Of a DNA stretch of 64,000 bases, positions 62,513 through 64,000 are shown piece by piece. The notes beneath the pieces were generated by a model. That model was not told the DNA's origin. It was given only the letters and a program-made list of their open reading frames with translations, and did not search any database. The stretch covers positions 38,874,001 through 38,938,000 of the forward strand of contig CM060734.1 in assembly GCA_030704615.1 (NCBI GenBank), written 5' to 3'. The DNA is from Takakia lepidozioides. Taxonomy: Eukaryota > Plantae > Bryophyta. A program made the position numbers and the translations under genes. Position 1 is the stretch's first letter. Every line of letters starts with the position of its first letter.

Positions 62513-63951
62513 TCAATGATTTCTGGAATCCCGGCGGAGGACTTTGTGCAGCTCGTTCACGCCGAATGTTGGCTCCTTCAGGTAAATGTAATACAGATGC
62601 TTGCACGGATAATACTTTGACCCCTTCTTTGCTTCCATCAACGAGAAGTCCGTACAATTGCAAGTCAGCTCCACTCCAATCGTAATTGTGTATACGTCAT
62701 CGCGTACAGCTGAGCCGGCCGTTGCCATCCGATAAACACGCCCAAGGCCGGGTGGGGGTACGTCCATGGAGCTCTGAATAGTGCCAGCCATCCCAAGAGC
62801 ATTGGCAATCCAGTCTCATTCAACTTGTTGGGATGGTGTCGTCTCTTCACTCTTTCGAATCGCATTGTGGGATGTGCAGAATTGTCCAATCCGTCTCTAC
62901 TGGACCGAGCAGTCTGCAATGGCTGGGTCTGAGGAACTGGAAACGGTGTGGGCCGAGACGTCTGTGCGTTGCACCATTCGAAAATCTGCTGCAGAAAGAG
63001 CATCCGCCTTATTCTGAGAGAGGTTGCAACCTGGTGCAGCAGGCCAGACGCCCGGAGGCTCCGGCATTCCCTGAATCCTGTATTTGGGCTTGCCAAATAC
63101 ACAGGTCATTATGTCGTGCCTACAGAACCAAAACGTCTGCGTTGTGGCGTGAGAGAATGTGGGAGTCAAAAATCTGTTGTTGAAACAAGGTGCAGGTACA
63201 GCACCGTGTGGGTTCCTCCGAATCATCTCACCACAGCGTGCTCTCGTATCCACTCAGATAGCGCAGCACTTCCCTCGAAATGCCGGCAATGTCCTTGCAA
63301 TTCTCCACTGTGACTCCGACACTCATGTCTCCACAATGGATATGTTGTACTGCGTTACTACAGATGGTTCGTTATGTTCCTCGGGCACGTGCCCTGTGCT
63401 CAAAGGAGATGGCGATCATGAACGTGCAGGACTTACGGTGCTCGACAAGACCTCCTCGGGCAACATCACAGGACCACGAGGGAGCGTGTGAATATTCTTA
63501 TCAGCTCGCCATGAATCCTCTTCTCCGCCAGGTGCCTCGTCAAGTCTTCGTCTCACTGGATGGGTGTGAACATCTAATTCCAAGTGTTGGCCTCTTCAAA
63601 GCAATGGCGTGTCCCGAAGGCCCTCTCGCAAGGCTGCCGCCCACTTGCGAGATTTCTTCAATCTGGAGGCAGTCCGCATCAGCATTCCTGCCTGTCCGGC
63701 CACAAGCCCCATTGTTTCACTTTCAAGAACTCGTTGTACTGCATTGCTGCATAATTGACCTCACAATGTCCTCCCGTTGGTGGCAGTGAGGATGTCCACC
63801 AGAGCGCCGCAGAAAAGGCACGCCAGGACGAATATATGTTCGGCCAGTGTTTGTTGTCGGCTGTCGGTGTCGGAGGAAGACACATTTCCTGCACATGCAC
63901 AGGTTGAAGGTACAAGCTGGGGGTGCACTCTTTATAAACTGTGCGTATCAC
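62513..63951 (-). pseudogene. Degenerate transposon-associated SWIM zinc-finger ORF
   Basis: YTITIGVELTCNCTDF...PCKHLYYIY (CxC-xn-CxH SWIM). Upstream fragments FWFCRHDIMTCV...PGVWP in other frames. Confidence 0.7.
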
Positions 63952-64000
63952 GTGCGTTCGTCACCTAATAAAAAAAACCCCCTGTATACGGGTCATGGAT

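Overview
Nuclear DNA from a land plant. A non-seed plant (bryophyte, lycophyte or fern) is inferred from gene and repeat content. The left ~28.7 kb is a nest of mobile DNA. A full-length minus-strand Ty3/gypsy non-chromovirus LTR retrotransposon (7367-20763, AGGGG target-site duplication) carries a ~1180-codon extra ORF. It has inserted into an exon of a large, degenerate, spliced minus-strand gene cluster. Reconstructed, that cluster encodes a ParB/Srx-like domain, a degenerate N4C/N6A-type DNA methyltransferase-like domain, an acidic/SP-repeat linker and three FCP1/NIF-like HAD phosphatase domains. An ORF with RNA Pol II CTD-like YSP motifs lies upstream. Eight copies of a 24-bp palindrome (AACCTCCACT-N4-AGTGGAGGTT) are scattered across the cluster and were not seen elsewhere. 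This ParB + parS-like palindrome + phosphatase/CTD-mimic module is the most novel-looking system here. A 5'-truncated L1 and a PLS/DYW PPR pseudogene follow. The right half holds ordinary host genes: an RR-TZF CCCH zinc finger, SDP6 (with a GC-AG intron), LHCB6, and a REM-type B3 gene whose 3' end is triplicated. It ends in a SWIM-encoding DNA-transposon-like end. All domain calls are by eye, without database searches.
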